The notes below the pieces were generated by a model that was not told the origin of the DNA, did no database searches, and saw only the letters and a program-made list of their open reading frames with translations. From Octopus vulgaris (lineage: Eukaryota): a DNA stretch of 64,000 nucleotides. Position numbers and translations under genes: made by a program. The DNA lies in the NCBI GenBank assembly GCA_951406725.2, contig OX597818.1, forward strand, positions 143,530,001-143,594,000. The letters run 5' to 3'. Shown in pieces: positions 1 through 11,170 of this stretch (position 1 is its first letter; every line of letters begins with the position of its first letter).

Positions 1-124
1 AAATAGATAAAGGTTAACAATGTTAAAATCATAAAAACTAATTGCTTTTGGAAAGAAAATTTTAAAGTTGATAAATATTTGTGTCTAGAAAGAATTATGA
101 CGTCCGAGATATTGTTAAGTACAG

Positions 125-300
125 TTTTTTTTGTCAGCACGGAGTCGCTTCTTTTGTGCATAATTTACAGTTTCTAGAGTCTGTATTGTATGGTGTGGTT
201 TCCGTTATAATAGACCAATCTAGACTGAATTCTTTATTGCGCATTTTTAATTTATTAATGTGGGTAACTAGTGCAGTTGAATTTTTTGTTTCTTGATTAA
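125..300 (-). mobile_element. Penelope-like element fragment (C-terminal part of GIY-YIG endonuclease)
   Basis: Manual minus-strand translation gives STALVTHINKLKMRNKEFSLDWSIITETTPYNTDSRNCKLCTKEA, matching the ST.L..H...LK.....F...WSI.....Y......C.LC..E tail of PLE endonucleases. Confidence 0.7.
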
Positions 301-347
301 TAATTGAGTACGATAATTTCTCTCCCCAGCAAAAATTCTCTTAACAT

Positions 348-350
348 TTC

Positions 351-405
<55 letters not shown>

Positions 406-458
406 TCGTCCTATCTTTCTTTCTTTCTTTATTTGTTTATTCATTTATTTATTTATTT
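348..458. repeat. (TTTC)n/(TTTA)n microsatellite
   Basis: Direct reading. Confidence 0.95.
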
Positions 459-785
459 CACCGCTGTTTATTTCCCAAATTTTACAACCATTATTAATCC
501 AATGAACTTCTGAACTTTCAACGTAAGACCAAGTTTTTATATTTAGGTCAAACCAATTTTCTACTGAAATTGTTAGTTTCCTTCCCACTAGTTTCAAAGT
601 TATTCAAGATATGCAGTGACAGACGAGAGTAGTATATCGGAATTTAAGGACTGCTATAATACCGTGTTCGATATAATCCACTGCATTTCACCCTAACAAT
701 TTCTGATATTTCTAGTTCCAGCCTTCAAATTTCTAAGTTTAAATAACGCTGAATCAACTGATTTTTCTTTAAAAGTAGATTTAAT

Positions 786-1959
786 GTAGATTTATCCCGC
801 TCGTGACATATCTTTCGCAATGACCACCCGTGTTACTTCCGTTCTGGCACTTATGGATTCTTCTCTCTTTTACTCATTACTTATAGTGTGTATACCATCC
901 GAGGTCCTATATTAACCATTGTATCTGTTAGCGAGAGGGGAGCAGAGATAATATCCAAAGTATTTGCTGTTCCACCTTGATTAATGAACCTGATATAATT
1001 GATGCTCATCTGAAATATTTGCAAAGTCCAGCGTAAAGTCTGGGAAAGGATAGAGAATAACCGAGATTATAAGAAAGTAAGATGCGTGGTTATGAAAAGT
1101 GAGGGCCTTCAGTTAGATCATTGAGGAAATGAAAGGCGGTTGAGTATTGACAGAAACGGTTTTGTGTTGAGTATTAACATAGAAATAAAAAGAGAGAAGG
1201 ATGTAGTCAGTGGTTAATGTTATTTTCAATTTTCTATCAGTGACAACTCTACACATTTTGGCCTTAGTTTGACCTCATCAGTGGCGCGATAGGCATGAAT
1301 TAAAAATCTCAACACGACCTTAACTGTTGTATGAGGATGGCTTCGCTGAGTTAATTTCAATTCAAAATATAACTAGGTTAAATTTGAAAACCACTCGCAT
1401 CATGTGGCCTTCTTGCCCCAACTCATTTCTCTTTGAGTGTTGGTTTTAAAACAGCAAATCTGCGGCTAGATCATTTTACTTTTATTTATGTAGTCTGAAT
1501 GGAGGGGCTTCTATCCAGTGACGTTTTAAGACATGGGTACACTCTGCAGCTGCCCAGGGACCTTACCGGTCAATGGGCCAAATTCGGATCTATCTATGGC
1601 GAGCTTTACTGTCAACAAATAGATACTATTGGGCTCAGTGCATTAATTTGCCCAGGGGCGTATAATACTGTTAAGACGGCCCTGGCTGTACCCATAACCA
1701 CATCAAGCCCTCATGTTATACTGATATTATTAACATTCCTCTTGAACAGTTGCTGCTGAAGGGAAAGCATATGCGACAAAAGTGTTCCAGAAAGCCGACG
1801 TTCTGTGAAGGAAGGATTAGGCGCAATGGTTAATATAGGACCTGGGATGGTATACACACTATAAGTAATGAGTGAAAGAGAGAAGAATCCATAAGTGCCA
1901 GAACGGAAGTAACACGGGTGGTCATTGCGAAAGTTATGTCACGAGCGGGATAAATCTAC
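786..1959. mobile_element. Region bounded by ~136-bp inverted repeats (786-921 / 1824-1959); non-autonomous TIR element or inverted terminal repeats of a retroelement
   Basis: gtagatttatcccgctcgtgac...ttaaccattg is the near-exact reverse complement of caatggttaa...gtcacgagcgggataaatctac; no internal coding capacity. Confidence 0.65.
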
Positions 1960-2265
1960 TTCTTCCTTGTTCCTGTTCCAAGTCTTCATTATGTGGAATG
2001 TGTCTCGGACGTGGGGAGTTCTTATTTCTCTTATAGTTCTGTCCGAAAGACTTATTCACGAAGACCTTACGTCTGAGACATGGAGGGTTCTTGGGGTGAG
2101 ATGGGTTTTTGTATCTTTGAGTTGGAGTGTTTTGTCTTGTGGTGAAGGATGATTTCATTCAGATATCCCATGCTCTGGAAGAAGAACCGTGGTCACTAAG
2201 ACATCAATTTTTCCTATTTTTTTTAGGGATATTGTGCACAGTAGAAAATTAATTGCACAGGCAAA

Positions 2266-2300
<35 letters not shown>

Positions 2301-2302
<2 letters not shown>

Positions 2303-2700
2303 AGTGGCTGTGTGGTAAGTAGCTTGCTTACCAACCACATGGTTCCGGGTTCAGTCCCACTGCGTGGCACCTTGGGCAAGTGTCTTCTACTATAGCCTCG
2401 GGCCGGCCAAAGCCTTGTGAGTGGATTTGGTAGACGGAAACTGAAAGAAGCTCGTCGTATATATGTATATATATTATGTGCGTGTGAGTTTGTGTGTCTG
2501 TGTTTGTGCCCCTAGCATTGCTTGACAACCGATGCTGGTGTGTTTACGTCCCCGTCACTTAGCGGTTCGGCAAAAGAGACCGATAGAATAAGTACTGGGC
2601 TTACAAAGAATAAGTCCCGGGGTCGAGTTGCTCGATTAAAGGTGGTGCTCCATCATGGCCGCAGTCAAATGACTGAAACAAGTAAAAGAGTAAAAAGAGT
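2301..2700 (+). mobile_element. tRNA-derived SINE, family A
   Basis: A/B-box-like head (tggctgtgtggtaag...ggttcagtcccac), CORE-like gcaccttgggcaagt, short-repeat tail (gtaaaaga)n; several copies in the window. Confidence 0.85.
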
Positions 2701-2709
2701 AAATATATA

Positions 2710-2905
2710 TAAGGTATTGTGTGCAGAGGAGAAGACTGTGCTGATTTGGTCATGTGATGCATATGGATGAGGACAGCTGTGTAAAGTAGAGATCCATGAA
2801 GATGTGGAACAAAGTGGTGAAAAAGGATCTTTGGATGCCGGGCCTCACTGAGGAGAGGACAAGGGACTGGGAACTGTGGTAATTTGCTGTACTTGATAAG
2901 ATGCG
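2710..2905 (+). mobile_element. RTE-clade LINE 3' fragment
   Basis: Translates with disruptions as RRRLC*FGHVMHMDEDSCVK...WNKVVKKDL...GLTEERTRD.ELW, typical of the RTE ORF C-terminus. Confidence 0.65.
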
Positions 2906-4699
2906 TCAAGCTAAGTAAAATCACTGTGTTCCACACATACAGGCTTGCACTTTCAGGTGCTATCTTAAACAGCGCCCATGCCAGTGCTGCATTAAAGCAC
3001 CCATGCTGGTACTATGTAAACGTACCCATGCCAGCTGCACGTAAAAAGCACGACTGTTAAGTAGTTGACATTAGGGAGGCATCCAGTCATAAAAAACCAT
3101 GTCACAACAGACAATTGGAGTCTGGACAGCTACCAGCTGGTCAGCTCCATGTCAAACAGTTTGTCCTCGATGGAACATGAAGTGGGAGCTCTGTGTCATT
3201 GTACCAGCACCAAAGGCAAGTATCTTGTACACAGTAAATGTGAATGCAGAGAATACTCAGTTAACCAAGGTGTGTAGACAAAAGAGGAGAATTGCTGAGT
3301 GTGTAATGACAGCAGAGAAACCAGAAATGGTTTGTTGATCTGTGCTGGTATCTCTCAAATGATGATAAATACTCGTGTACACAATAAATAGCGAGAATGA
3401 AAATGATAACTTTATTCTTAATATGTTCTGGTATATTTGAATATTGAATCTGCTAATCGATTACCATTTGGTAATTATGATACTTCTTCTACAATTGAAG
3501 ATAATTTTCATAAATAAAGAATTTATGTATTATGGTATTTGATACTTGTCTCTTTTCTATGTCGTTCATATAAATGCCAGTATCAGGCAAAGGTGGTTTC
3601 CAGCTATAACAACTGCAACGACAGCAGTAACAGAACCGTAAGAATAAATAAATGTCAGCGGAACAGGATACTCCTTCAAGACCAGAGTTTGTAACCACAA
3701 GTCACTTCTTACAATAACAGTGTTGCGATGAGAGTCAAGATACCCTCTTGTGAGAAATGGACTGAACCGAGAGAGTATATTTGGTTTGTAGAAGTTCGTG
3801 TTATTTAACAGTGAAGTTGGAAAGTGTTGGTTGGTTTGTTCATTTGGAATATTTATTGTGAGGGATTTTGTTGGATTGTTACGTTCTTGTTGCTGCTGCA
3901 TTGTTATCTTGTTACTGTATCACACTGGTACCGTGTATTGTAGGCCATTATCCTAATAGTAGTGGTACTACTATATTGGATACAAACCACGTTACAGCAT
4001 CTGGCGACGAGAGGTTCGAAGCTCAGGTAGGTTGTATTTCACCTGCAAACCAATCATTAACCTGTTTTCTTACCTGACTGTAAGAAAGGATTGAAATTGC
4101 TTCCTTGCCCATGTTCACTTCTTCTGCAGCCGTCAACATGATATTATTCAAGATCAGCTGTGTCAATCTTACCAGTTTTGAGTAGCCTGCAAAGACCATA
4201 GGCACAGCTCTTGCCTTTCATCTCAGAAGGAATGCAAAAGCCAAAGATACAGCCCCTTCATCCAGCCAAATTGTTCAAATAAAACAGAGAAAAAAAAACC
4301 AACAAAAAAACAGCAGCGTCTGCTATTCCTGTTAATTAATAAGCTGTATACTATATCAAACTGGGCCCACATCATCATCTTAAACACGTCTCACATCTCA
4401 AACCTTATACCAAATCATTTATCTCAAACCTTATACCAACCAGATCATTTATCCAATCATTTCTCTCCAGAATGGCAACGTCTACAAGGAATCACTTTTT
4501 TCTCAGACATTCATTTACAGAAGTTGAAAAAACACATCAACATTCACATTAAGTTTGGGAAAGCCTGCAGATGTTCTCTGAACACCACTTTTTCTCTTAC
4601 TCGCACTAATAAGGATTTCTAACAAAGGCACAAAGCAAGAAATTTTATAGGAGGACACAATTAGTCAACTAGATTGACCCAGTAGTCATTTATCTAGTA

Positions 4700-4910
4700 T
4701 TTTTTCTTTCTTTTTCTTGTTTCAGTCATTTGACTGCGGCCATGCTGGAGCACCGCCTTTAGTCGATCAAATCGACCCCGGGACTTATTCTTTGTAAGCC
4801 CAGTACTTATTCTATCGGTCTCTTTTGCCGAACCGCTAAGTGACGGGGACGTAAACACACCAGCATCAGTTGTCAAGCAATGCTAGGTGGGGACAAACAC
4901 AGACACACAA

Positions 4911-4941
<31 letters not shown>

Positions 4942-5112
4942 CATATATACGACAGGCTTCTTTCAGTTTCCGTCTACCAAATCCACTCACAAGGCATTGG
5001 TCGGCCCGGGGCGATAGCAGAAGACACATGCCCAAGATGCCACGCAGTGGATTGAACCCGCAACCATGTGGTTGGTTAGCAAGCTACTTACCACACAGCC
5101 ACTCCTGCGCCT
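4700..5112 (-). mobile_element. SINE family A copy
   Basis: Reverse complement of 2301-2700. Confidence 0.85.
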
Positions 5113-5680
5113 ACATATCTAGTTTTTTTTTTTTATTGTCCTCAGAAACATAGAAATCTGAAGTGTGTTGATGTTTCTAACCCTTTCATAACTTAATTTC
5201 TGATAGGTAATCTGTTTCGATTAATCTTTAGTGCCACTTTAGCATACAGTACATTGGCCATTTACACTTTAGCATGCCCTCTAACCCTAATTCTAAACCA
5301 TAGCTCTAACCCTAATCTAACCCATAACGAGGCATGTATACGATGTAAACAAAAGGAAAAACAATACAAACGGATAAAGATTAAATCAATTTTAATGCGG
5401 AATATTAAACTTTGAAATGCACTGTAAGATTTTCACGGCAGTACATATACAGTTCGAGCAGAGGTGCGTATAAAAAAATAACCAGCCAGGTGTAACGCAT
5501 ACAAAAGCAGGGATACATTGAAAAATACAAGCAGAGATTAAACCAATTTTAATGCAGGATATTAAACTTTGAAATGCAATGTGAATATATGCATTCATAG
5601 GCAAAAAAGATTCATGCATGTAAAACACAATGTATAAATCGCTATTATAGAAACGCGTGCGCGCACATTGACACATACAT

Positions 5681-6196
<516 letters not shown>

Positions 6197-6589
6197 TTAC
6201 TGTCTCACCTCTTCTCTTTTTTTATCTTTCAAGATGTCTGCGCTTGTTCTCTGCTAACGTACGAGATTAATTTCAACTAGCAGGAAGCATATCGTTGAGA
6301 TATCTATGCCAGTTCAACAGCAATCTACCACCACCACCACCACCACCAAAACAACAACAACAACAACTACAAGGTCAACTCAACCTGCGTTACCAACTTC
6401 TCACCAGTTGTCATAGAAATGCTTGCTAAATTTAAGTCCGCTGTTTATTTCATCTCTATTTACCACCCACCAGCAATTACGACGAGTGTCAACCTTTCTA
6501 ACTACCTAGCAACGTATTGGTGGCTTGGTTGATGAAGCCAAGGACGAGCAAATATTTGCAACTTGCTCCTACGAAATCTGTTGCATTGT

Positions 6590-6636
<47 letters not shown>

Positions 6637-6922
6637 GTGCAAACAGATTTCTGACTTGTTTAGGAGAATTTGTTGCAATTGCTTCGAGTCGTATTCCAAT
6701 GACTCGACGCAAAAAATCATGTAAGAAAAAAATCGCCGAAAACAATCGCAGTAATGAAAACATAGAAATCCAAAATTTCAGGATTGCAGGTCCGGATTCG
6801 TCCCGGAATGTTTTTAATTTACAGCCTGATTCCAAAATGGTATATGTTGGACTATGGCCTCTGGGAGTAATATTGAAAAAGTGTGACACACTGACACACT
6901 GACATTCACCTTTATTATATTA

Positions 6923-7317
6923 CTAGCAGTATCGCCCGGCGTTGCTCGGGTTTGTAAGGGAAATAATTATATAAGCATTTTTAGAGATGTAAAGTATAAT
7001 AGCCATCTCAATATGGCTAACCACAAAGGGGGAGGGGTGTTACTGTAGCTTTTTACGTTCTGAGATTTAATAATAAATTTTAGAGAGTTACTTCCCTTAT
7101 ATATGTCAAAAATGGATTAAAAATGGGAAAAATTGATGGTAAATTTTTTTTTAAATCGTAGACTCATCGTAGACGCGCGCTAATACCCAGACGGTCTCGA
7201 TATGAATCACGACTATAAGATACCCGGTTTTGGTTAAACTGCACCGCAAAATGTGGGAGTAGTTAGGAATCTAAATCGTAGGAGACAGACACACAACCTC
7301 ACTTTTATATATAAAGA
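6923..7317 (-). mobile_element. Non-autonomous Helitron
   Basis: On the minus strand: 5' TC start, subterminal hairpin cccgagcaacgccggg, 3' CTAG, inserted between A and T; 3' end shared with 35319-35700. Confidence 0.75.
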
Positions 7318-7481
7318 TTTCCTCTATTTACATAATATTGAGGTCTCTTTCTTTCTTTTGTTATCTTACTGTTTTTACCAATATACATATATATATATAT
7401 ATATAAATATATATATAGTTACAGAGATGTACTTGCATAGCAAGTGACTTGATCTGAGATCGTGTGCTGGAACGAAAACAG

Positions 7482-7740
7482 TTGCAGCGTTGAAGGTGTT
7501 TATAAGCCATTTAAGAAACACACAAAAACCGTTAGATTCACTTCAACATTTAAATTTAATTTGTGAAAATATTTTCGTCGCTTTGAGACCGCGACCTGTT
7601 AGCACGATATTTTTGTCAGTGAACAGGTCGCGGTCTGAAAGCGACGAAAATATTTTGGCAAATTAAATTTAAATGTTGAAGTGAATGTAACGGTTTTTGT
7701 GTGTTTCTTAAATGGCTTACAAACACCTTCCACGCTGCAA
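7482..7740. repeat. Imperfect palindrome, ~119-bp arms, 21-nt spacer
   Basis: 7482-7600 is the reverse complement of 7622-7740 with a few mismatches. Confidence 0.9.
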
Positions 7741-8091
7741 TATATATATATATGTATGTATGTATGTATGTGTGTATATGTGTATGCATGTATGTGTGTG
7801 TGTGTGCGTGTCTGTGCTTGTGATTGTCCTCCACCACTGCTTGACAACGAATGTTGGTTTGTTTACATCCCTGTCATCTAGTGGTTTGACAAAGGAAACA
7901 GATAGAATAAGTACAATGCTTACAAAAATAAAACTGGAGTTGATTCATTAAACTACAATTCTTCAAGGCATTGCCCCAGCATGGCCACAGACCAATGGCT
8001 GGAAAAAGCAGAAGAATAAAAGAATACATTCTCTGCTTTGGTCATATGTTGAAGGCATGAGAAAGCTTGAGTTTACATGAGAAGGCCTAAC

Positions 8092-8572
8092 AGACCTGGT
8101 AGAAACAGCAGCCAAATCTCCCTCAAATCACACCTTACTGTCTTATGTATGTATATATATATGAGCCAATGAGGGGGACCTCTACATGGTAGCTAGACCT
8201 GGTAGAAATAGCAGCCAAATTTCCCCCAAATCACACCTTACTGTCTTATCTATGTATATATGTATGTATGAGCCTATGAGGGAGACCCCTACATGGCAGC
8301 TAGACCTGGTAGAAATAGCAGCCAAATTTCCCCCAAATCACACCTTACTGTCTTATCTATGTATATATGTATGTATGAGCCTATGAGGGAGACCCCTACA
8401 TGGCAGCTAGACCTGGTAGAAATAGCAGCCAAATTTCCCCCAAATCACACCTTACTGTCTTATCTATGTATATATGTATGTATGAGCCTATGAGGGAGAC
8501 CCCTACATGGCAGCTAGACATGGTAGAAATAGCAGCCAAATCTCCCTCAAATCACACCTTACTGTCTTATCT
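8092..8572. repeat. 107-bp tandem repeat, ~4.5 copies
   Basis: Unit tggcagctagacctggtagaaatagcagcc...gacccctaca; ORF starts recur at 8186, 8293, 8400 and 8507. Confidence 0.95.
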
Positions 8573-8631
8573 TTCTGCTACTTGGATATAGGTGTTATAT
8601 TCGTCGTAAAAAAACTTTCCTGTCACACACT

Positions 8632-8668
<37 letters not shown>

Positions 8669-9105
8669 CCTCACACACACACACACGCGCACACCCACAC
8701 ACACCCACTCACACACACGCACGTTAGCTTATAATTTTATTTATATATTTGCGTGTCTCTGTGGAAAGAGGAAGTGGGAGGCAGAGTGAAAGAATCACTC
8801 ACTACAGTAAGTGAATTACTTTCATTTTATTCGTTGCCCACTGTGTGTGTGCGTTTGCGTGTGCTGTAAACCAGACTAAGAAAAGCATTTGACACACACA
8901 CCAGAATGTGAGTTTTCTGTAAATTTTGCTTAACTGGAGTTTAAATTTTAAAAACTCGACCTGGCATGACGCGATGCATTGTACTCTTAAAAATGCAAGG
9001 TAAATTGTAATTGAAGAAATCCTATATTGTAGATTTGTATAACTCCCAAAGGGAGGCAGATAAAATCTGCCTTTTATAATAAGAGATATTATACAATATT
9101 ATATT

Positions 9106-9315
9106 GAGGCGGCTAGCAGGCAGAATCGTTAGCACACCGGGCGAAATGCTTAGAGGTATTTCGTCCGCCGTTAGGTTTTGAGTTCGAATTCCGCCGAGGT
9201 CGACTTTGCCTTTTGGGGTCGATAAATTAGTACTAGTTACGTACTGGGGTCGATGTAATCGACTTAATCCTTTCTCTCAAAATTTGAGGCCTTGTGCTTC
9301 CCTAGAAAGGATTTA
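9106..9315 (+). mobile_element. SINE family D
   Basis: ggcagaatcgttagca...gagttcgaattccgccgaggtcgactttgcc with A/B-box-like motifs; homologues at 51481-51878 and 61450-61587. Confidence 0.7.
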
Positions 9316-9407
9316 TTAAAGTTGAAAAAGTATGACACACTGATATTCACATTTATTATATTAGATATGTTTAATTTTGGGAAAACTTTATTTTAATTAA
9401 AGTGTAT

Positions 9408-9466
<59 letters not shown>

Positions 9467-9581
9467 ATATATGTATTAAAGAAAGCAAAAAATAAAACAA
9501 AAATGATAGTGTTCAGTATGTTGGTTCAGTGTTCAATATGCTGTCCACAACAATTTTTGTCAGAGAGATAGTTAAACAAAG

Positions 9582-9905
9582 TTGTACATCACCTCTCTCT
9601 TTCTCTCATATACCCACTCTTTCTCTCTTTCTCTCTTATCATTACTCGCACTGCCACCATCAACACTACTACTTTTAATAAAACATCAGTCGCTCCCTAA
9701 ATTTTTTGTCTCTCTTTCTCTCCCTCTCTTTTTCGTTTTCTTTCTCTCTTTTTTTCTCTCTCTCTTTCTCTCTCTCTCCGCCACCGCTTACGCCGTCTCT
9801 ATGCTTACTATAACTCTCACCCCAGCACGGGAAATAGTAGAAGTGTCATTGAATAGTGAAAGAGATGGGGCCAATCTGTAACACAGAAATTAGTTTTCGC
9901 ATTTA
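9582..9905. repeat. Dispersed repeat; inverted copy at 22654-22990
   Basis: Shared text ccatcaacactactacttttaa...cattgaatagtga...cacagaaattagttttcgcatt. Confidence 0.7.
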
Positions 9906-9941
9906 TTATTTTATATTATATTATATTATATTATATTACAT

Positions 9942-9973
<32 letters not shown>

Positions 9974-10305
9974 ATTATTGTTTTTACGTATGTTGTATTC
10001 TTATTCGTGCTATCATTATTGTTTTTACGTATTTTTGTATTTTTATTCGTGTAACATCGTCCGTTTTCCGTCCCTGTGTTGTATACTTTCGAGGCTTTCT
10101 TCCAAGGAATCTAATGCGCTTGGCTTAGATTTCCCTTGGGGCTGCCCAGATCGGAGCAATCTCAAGATTAATCAGCCGAAATTGCGAAGATGATCCGCTT
10201 CTTGACTGATGACTGAGGGCTTCGAAAGTCCCGTCCGTGTTTTTTGTGTCGTCTTCTAAATGTTTCACGTTCTTGTCCCAGTTTGTATATTTTTTTTACT
10301 TTTAC

Positions 10306-10365
<60 letters not shown>

Positions 10366-10561
10366 TTAGCGTTGTTTTTAGTTTTTCAGCCTGTCCCTTT
10401 GTGAGTTGCACTTCTTCCTCGCTGGCAGTGATCGTGTTAATGTAAATTCTGGAGGAGACACACAATTTTACGAAGTGAAGCTGTTGTGTTGGATGATCTT
10501 TCTAAGACCACAGAGTATGTTTTTCCAGCTAGCCTGGGCGACGCTCAAGTTGTTACGTTTA

Positions 10562-10604
<43 letters not shown>

Positions 10605-10606
<2 letters not shown>

Positions 10607-10745
10607 CGGGAAGCTTACGAAAATAAACAAAAGACGAAGGCAGGTGGAGTACAAACAAACAATTGTATTAGTATGGCTCTCAGGAATAGAAATAAAACAA
10701 GTCTTTTACGTTTCGAGCCTACACTCTTCAACAGAAAGATACACA
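10605..10745 (-). mobile_element. Penelope pLTR-type repeat fragment (second, truncated copy at 31888-32006)
   Basis: Two near-identical copies in the window; carries a hammerhead-like motif. Confidence 0.55.
10702..10739 (-). ncRNA. Minimal type I hammerhead ribozyme-like motif (A6U variant)
   Basis: ucuuu-CUGUUGA-a-gag(uguagg)cuc-GAAAC-GUA-aaaga; stems I and II pair. Confidence 0.5.
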
Positions 10746-11170
10746 GAAACGAAACACGGAGAGAAACAAGGAGAGAAAAAAAAGCGTGCAGGAGCTAACG
10801 ATTTAACATGGCGGTCTGATTTCGGCCAGAAGTCAGAGATCAGACGTTAGACGCAAGAGGGATAGTAGGGGAGATAACAAGGTCAAATGACCTCGCCCCA
10901 ACATAAGGGTGCGTGTGTGTATGAGATAGTATGTATGTGCGTATGAAAGGTCTGGACGTGTGTAAGTATGTATGATGTGATGTGTAATGTCGTATGGTGT
11001 AGTGTAGTGTGGTGGGAGGTGGGGAAAGCCCATGTGGGGTGTGGGTTCGGCTGGGGGTTGGGGTAGAGTGGGGGTAGTGGGGAGAGTGAAAGGGGGAGAG
11101 AAGAGAGGGAGGAGGGAGTATGTATATATGTATATATGTATGTATGTATGTATATGTGTGTGTGTGTATA

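Noticed and set aside
5281-5325. Telomere-like TAACCC repeats
   Set aside because: Only a few degenerate units; commonly found inside repeats
10365-10560. Possible exon after an acceptor-like ttttagtttttcag
   Set aside because: No recognisable protein and no supporting neighbouring exons
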